A stretch of DNA of 9,168 nucleotides from a bacterium. GTDB taxonomy: Bacteria > UBP7 > UBA6624 > JBBIMK01. Shown here piece after piece: positions 5,924 to 9,168 of the stretch. Location of the stretch: assembly GCA_037444445.1 (NCBI GenBank), contig JBBIMK010000046.1, positions 1-9,168 of the forward strand, given 5' to 3'. The notes under the pieces were generated by a model. That model did not search any database, was not told the DNA's origin, and saw only the letters and a list, made by a program, of their open reading frames with translations. The translations under genes and the position numbers were made by a program. Numbering within the stretch: the first letter of the stretch is position 1; every line of letters starts with the position of its first letter.

Positions 5924-7283
5924 CATTTCCCGCTACCTCCCTCACACCGCAGAAGATATTGAGGAAATGCAAAAGGAACTCGGCATTTCCTCGCCCGAGG
6001 AACTCTTTCAAGATATCCCCGGGGAAGTTCGTCTCCACCGCCCCCTGTCCCTCCCTCCCCCTCTTTCAGAACCGGAAATCTTGCAAGATGTCGGAAACCT
6101 GCTGGAGAGGAATGTATTCTGGCAAAAAGCCTCCGTTTTCCTCGGTGGAGGGCATTATGTCAGGCACATTCCCCACGCCGTAGATTTCCTCGCCAGCAGG
6201 TCGGAGTTTTACACCGCCTATACCCCATATCAGCCCGAGGTGAGCCAGGGAACTCTCCAGGCCATTTACGAATATCAATCCGTGATGGCGCAGTTGACGG
6301 GGCTGGATGTGTCCAACGCTTCTTCCTATGACGGCGCCACAGCCTTAGCGGATGCAGTTCGTATGGCTCACCAGGTGAATTCCCGCCCAAAAGCCCTCCT
6401 CTCCAGAGCCATTCATCCCCACTACCGTCAGGTGGTCCGAACTTACACCTCCGCAGAGGGGCAGGAGATTCAGGAAATCCCCCTGCAGGATGGCCTCACC
6501 TCTTTATCCGCTCTGCAGGCGATGTTAGATTCTCAAACCTCCTGCGTGGTGATTCAGAACCCAAACTTCTTCGGCTGTGTGGAGGCAAATCTGAAACAAG
6601 TCGCAGAAATGGTTCATCGCCAGGGCGCCCTGTTTATCCTCAGCGTTGACCCGATTTCCCTCGGTATCTTAGCCCCTCCCGGCGAAGTGGGGGCGGACAT
6701 CGCCACCGGTGAAGGACAACCCCTGGGCAATCCCCTTTCCTTCGGTGGACCTTCCTTCGGCTTCCTGGCCACCCGGAAGGAATATATCTGGAAATTGCCC
6801 GGCAGACTCGTGGGCAGAACCGTGGACCGGAATGGTAAACCTTGCTATGTCCTCACTCTTCAAGCCCGTGAACAGCACATCAAACGCGAAAAGGCTACTT
6901 CCAACATCTGCACCAATAATGCTCTCGGAGCCCTCCGCTCTCTCATCTACCTCTCTTTGATGGGTGCAGAGGGCCTGAAAGAAGTGAACCTGCTGTCTTC
7001 CTCCGCCGCCCGATATGCCTGCGACAATCTGACTCAACTCCCCGGCGTTCATCTCCTCTTTCCTTCCCCCTTCTTATTTGAATTTGCCCTTCAACTCCCC
7101 CTCCCTCCCGAAGGCTTGAACTCGGAACTTTTGAACCACCGAATCATTGGAGGTTATCCGCTTCAGAAAGATTACCCCGAATTCAAAAATGCCTGGCTTT
7201 TAGCCTTTACTGAACTCACCACAAAGGAGCAGATTGATACCCTCTGTCAAAGAGTAAAGGAGTGGCTTTCCCGTGCCCCTTGA
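5901..7283 (+). CDS. gcvPA: Glycine dehydrogenase (decarboxylating) subunit 1 (P protein alpha)
   Basis: Conserved GcvPA sequence begins at [13 protein letters not shown], followed by [18 protein letters not shown] and [17 protein letters not shown]. The ORF-track start at 5844 is a TTG deep inside gcvH and adds about 20 non-homologous residues. The ATG at 5901 (chosen here) or the GTG at 5916 are more plausible, so the start is uncertain by about 15 nt. The stop is TGA at 7281..7283. Confidence 0.9.
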   Translation: MKNWSVGSISRYLPHTAEDIEEMQKELGISSPEELFQDIPGEVRLHRPLSLPPPLSEPEILQDVGNLLERNVFWQKASVFLGGGHYVRHIPHAVDFLASRSEFYTAYTPYQPEVSQGTLQAIYEYQSVMAQLTGLDVSNASSYDGATALADAVRMAHQVNSRPKALLSRAIHPHYRQVVRTYTSAEGQEIQEIPLQDGLTSLSALQAMLDSQTSCVVIQNPNFFGCVEANLKQVAEMVHRQGALFILSVDPISLGILAPPGEVGADIATGEGQPLGNPLSFGGPSFGFLATRKEYIWKLPGRLVGRTVDRNGKPCYVLTLQAREQHIKREKATSNICTNNALGALRSLIYLSLMGAEGLKEVNLLSSSAARYACDNLTQLPGVHLLFPSPFLFEFALQLPLPPEGLNSELLNHRIIGGYPLQKDYPEFKNAWLLAFTELTTKEQIDTLCQRVKEWLSRAP

Positions 7284-8754
7284 ACCCTTGATTTTTTCTT
7301 ATTCCCGGAAAGGGCGGAAGGGATATTCCTTGCCTCGCCCTTTTCATCCTGCCCCTCACTCCATCCCCTCCGAGAGCCTGCGCACTACACCGCCATTTCT
7401 GCCCGAGGTCAATGAACAGGATGTCATTCGCCATTTTGTTCACCTCTCCCAGATGAATTTTGCTGTGGACACGGGCTTTTATCCCCTCGGCTCTTGCACG
7501 ATGAAATACAACCCGAAATTGAATGAAATCATTGCCAACCTGCCTGGCATCCGCAATCTTCATCCATTGCAGCCCGTGGAAACTGTCCAGGGGATTTTAC
7601 AAATCTATTCCGAGCTGGAAAAAATGCTGTGCGAAATCTTTGGGATGGATGCATTCACTCTCCAGCCTGCCGCAGGCGCCCAGGGTGAATTTACCGCCAT
7701 GCTCCTCATTCGGGCTTACTTTCAGAAGAAAGGGATGAAACAGAAGAACCAGGTGATTATCCCGGATTCAGCCCACGGAACGAATCCTGCCTCCGCCCGC
7801 ATGGCAGGGTTTGAAGTCCATCAAATCCCCTCCGATGCCCGTGGACTCGTTTCGCTCCACACCCTTCAAAAAGCGGTGACGGAGAGAACCGCTGCCTTCA
7901 TGCTTACCAATCCCAATACTTTAGGGCTTTTTGAACAAGACATCTTAAAAATTGCAGAGATTTTGCACAACGTGGGCGCCCAGCTGTTTTACGATGGAGC
8001 CAACGCCAATGCGATTTTAGGAATCTCTCGCCCGGGGGATATGGGCTTTGATGTGATTCATACCAATCTTCATAAAACCTTTTCCACCCCTCATGGCGGT
8101 GGAGGTCCCGGTGCCGGTCCCGTAGGCGTGAAATCTCACCTGATTCCCTTCCTTCCCGTGCCTCGTATTTTGCACGACGATAACGGCTATCATCTTTCAG
8201 AAGATTTTCCTGATTCTATCGGCCGGATGAAATCGTTTTTTGGGAATACGGGCGTTCTCGTCCGTGCTTATGTCTACATCCGCGAATTGGGAGCGGAAGG
8301 GCTAAAAGCCGCCAGCCAGGCCGCTGTTCTCAACGCTAATTACCTCCTCCACCGCTTAAAAGAGGCTTATCAAGTTCCTTATCCCGGATTCTGTAAGCAC
8401 GAATTTGTTCTCTCGGCGGAAAAGCAAAAGCGTGAAAGCGGTGTGAGAGGGTTAGACATCGCTAAAAGACTGATGGACTTCGGCTTTCATCCCCCCACCG
8501 TTTATTTCCCGTTGATTGTGAAAGAAGCCCTGATGATTGAGCCGCCAGAAACCGAATCCCTGGAGCAGGTCAAAAAGTTTGCCGATGCACTCCTTCAGAT
8601 TGCAGTTGAAGCAAAGGAAACTCCAGATGTGGTGAAGAACGCACCTCACACTACCGAAATTCAGCGCCCGGATGAAGCCCTGGCAGCGCGCAAGCCCGAC
8701 CTCGCCTTCCCCTCCCCTTATTCACAAAAGAGCGGAGAAATTGGATGGAATTGA
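7273..8754 (+). CDS. gcvPB: Glycine dehydrogenase (decarboxylating) subunit 2 (P protein beta, PLP-binding)
   Basis: 493 aa with a GTG start at 7273. An AAGGAG at 7257..7262 lies 10 nt upstream. The N-terminus [18 protein letters not shown] is typical of GcvPB. The PLP-lysine motif [19 protein letters not shown] is present (Lys268 at 8074..8076). It overlaps the gcvPA end by 11 nt. Confidence 0.95.
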   Translation: MPLEPLIFSYSRKGRKGYSLPRPFHPAPHSIPSESLRTTPPFLPEVNEQDVIRHFVHLSQMNFAVDTGFYPLGSCTMKYNPKLNEIIANLPGIRNLHPLQPVETVQGILQIYSELEKMLCEIFGMDAFTLQPAAGAQGEFTAMLLIRAYFQKKGMKQKNQVIIPDSAHGTNPASARMAGFEVHQIPSDARGLVSLHTLQKAVTERTAAFMLTNPNTLGLFEQDILKIAEILHNVGAQLFYDGANANAILGISRPGDMGFDVIHTNLHKTFSTPHGGGGPGAGPVGVKSHLIPFLPVPRILHDDNGYHLSEDFPDSIGRMKSFFGNTGVLVRAYVYIRELGAEGLKAASQAAVLNANYLLHRLKEAYQVPYPGFCKHEFVLSAEKQKRESGVRGLDIAKRLMDFGFHPPTVYFPLIVKEALMIEPPETESLEQVKKFADALLQIAVEAKETPDVVKNAPHTTEIQRPDEALAARKPDLAFPSPYSQKSGEIGWN

Positions 8755-8820
8755 TTCTGTTTTCCAATGAAAATTCAAGATTCAGTCATCCCCGAAACTT
8801 TCTCTCCTCTACAGGTCTGG

Positions 8821-9168
8821 TCAGGGCACCGGATTTGATACTTCTAACTCAGGATTCTGGTTCTTCAGCCAGGTGTAAAGCAAGCGAGCCATAAGGGCGA
8901 GACTCTTACCGCTTATCTTGTCTGTAGTGTCCGCAGTAGTGTGCCAGTAAGGATACTCATAATCTAAAAGAAGGATGGTGGGGATTCCGAGGCGAATCAG
9001 GCTTACATGGTCATCCGTGATTCCAGGTATGTCTGGATTGGATGGCAGGAAGCCGGGTATGTTAAGTTCACGGGCGAGGACCCAGATTTCCTCTATAAGA
9101 GTCGGAGCAGAGGCGCGAGAATAGGGCTCTGGATAGAAACTCCATTCTTTATCCCCCACCATATCTAT
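8821..9168 (-). CDS. C-terminal part of an M28-family metallopeptidase / glutaminyl-cyclase-like protein (N-terminus lies off the right edge)
   Basis: The frame is open to the window edge (..IDMVGDKEW..). The segment DDHVSLIRLGIPTILLLDYEYPYWHTTADTTDKISGKSLALMARLL parallels the DDHIPF..G.P...L......WHT..D....L region of M28 / glutaminyl cyclases (recalled from human QC). The stop is TGA at 8823..8821, convergent with gcvPB. Confidence 0.8.
   Translation of the reverse strand: MDMVGDKEWSFYPEPYSRASAPTLIEEIWVLARELNIPGFLPSNPDIPGITDDHVSLIRLGIPTILLLDYEYPYWHTTADTTDKISGKSLALMARLLYTWLKNQNPELEVSNPVP

Noticed and set aside
8755-8820. An expected bidirectional rho-independent terminator between the convergent gcvPB and M28 peptidase genes.
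   Set aside because: Only a weak 5-bp TTGGA/TCCAA pairing is visible. There is no GC-rich stem followed by a T-run on either strand, so no terminator is called.
1-9168. A scan for CRISPR repeats, long direct or inverted repeats, tRNA/rRNA, transposase/integrase/recombinase genes, and toxin-antitoxin or defence-like gene pairs.
   Set aside because: None was found by eye. Every ORF over 100 aa with a credible sequence is metabolic, cell-wall or peptidase related. The only repeats are the low-complexity CT tract and a 10-bp palindrome.

Overview
This window is mostly ordinary metabolism from an unidentified bacterium of roughly 50% GC, and I see no convincing novel multi-gene system. There are no defence, toxin-antitoxin or mobile-element genes, and no CRISPR array, tRNA/rRNA, transposase or integrase. 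From left to right the window holds five units. (1) A truncated minus-strand ORF at the left edge has a signal-peptide-like N-terminus. (2) A 350-bp AT-rich and CT-rich intergenic region is followed by an orphan 105-aa plus-strand ORF with a weak OmpR/PhoB-type winged-helix resemblance. (3) A two-gene minus-strand operon encodes a thiolase and then a MenB/BadI/Oah-like crotonase with an unusual C-terminal CxxC-x11-CxxC zinc ribbon. (4) A five-gene plus-strand unit starts with a secreted lytic transglycosylase that overlaps a complete gcvT-gcvH-gcvPA-gcvPB glycine cleavage operon. (5) A truncated minus-strand M28/glutaminyl-cyclase-like peptidase sits at the right edge. Four things are most worth checking. 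First, the zinc-ribbon crotonase paired with a thiolase may be a docking or channelling arrangement. Second, -10 boxes lie 7-11 nt from the ATG of all four operon-leading genes, which suggests leaderless mRNAs, while internal genes use canonical Shine-Dalgarno sites. Third, the transglycosylase carries a degenerate N-terminal copy of its own SLT domain and is fused to the gcv operon, leaving no room for a glycine riboswitch. Fourth, a 70-nt polypyrimidine/polypurine tract lies near the left edge. All family assignments come from motif recognition by eye and memory, not from searches.
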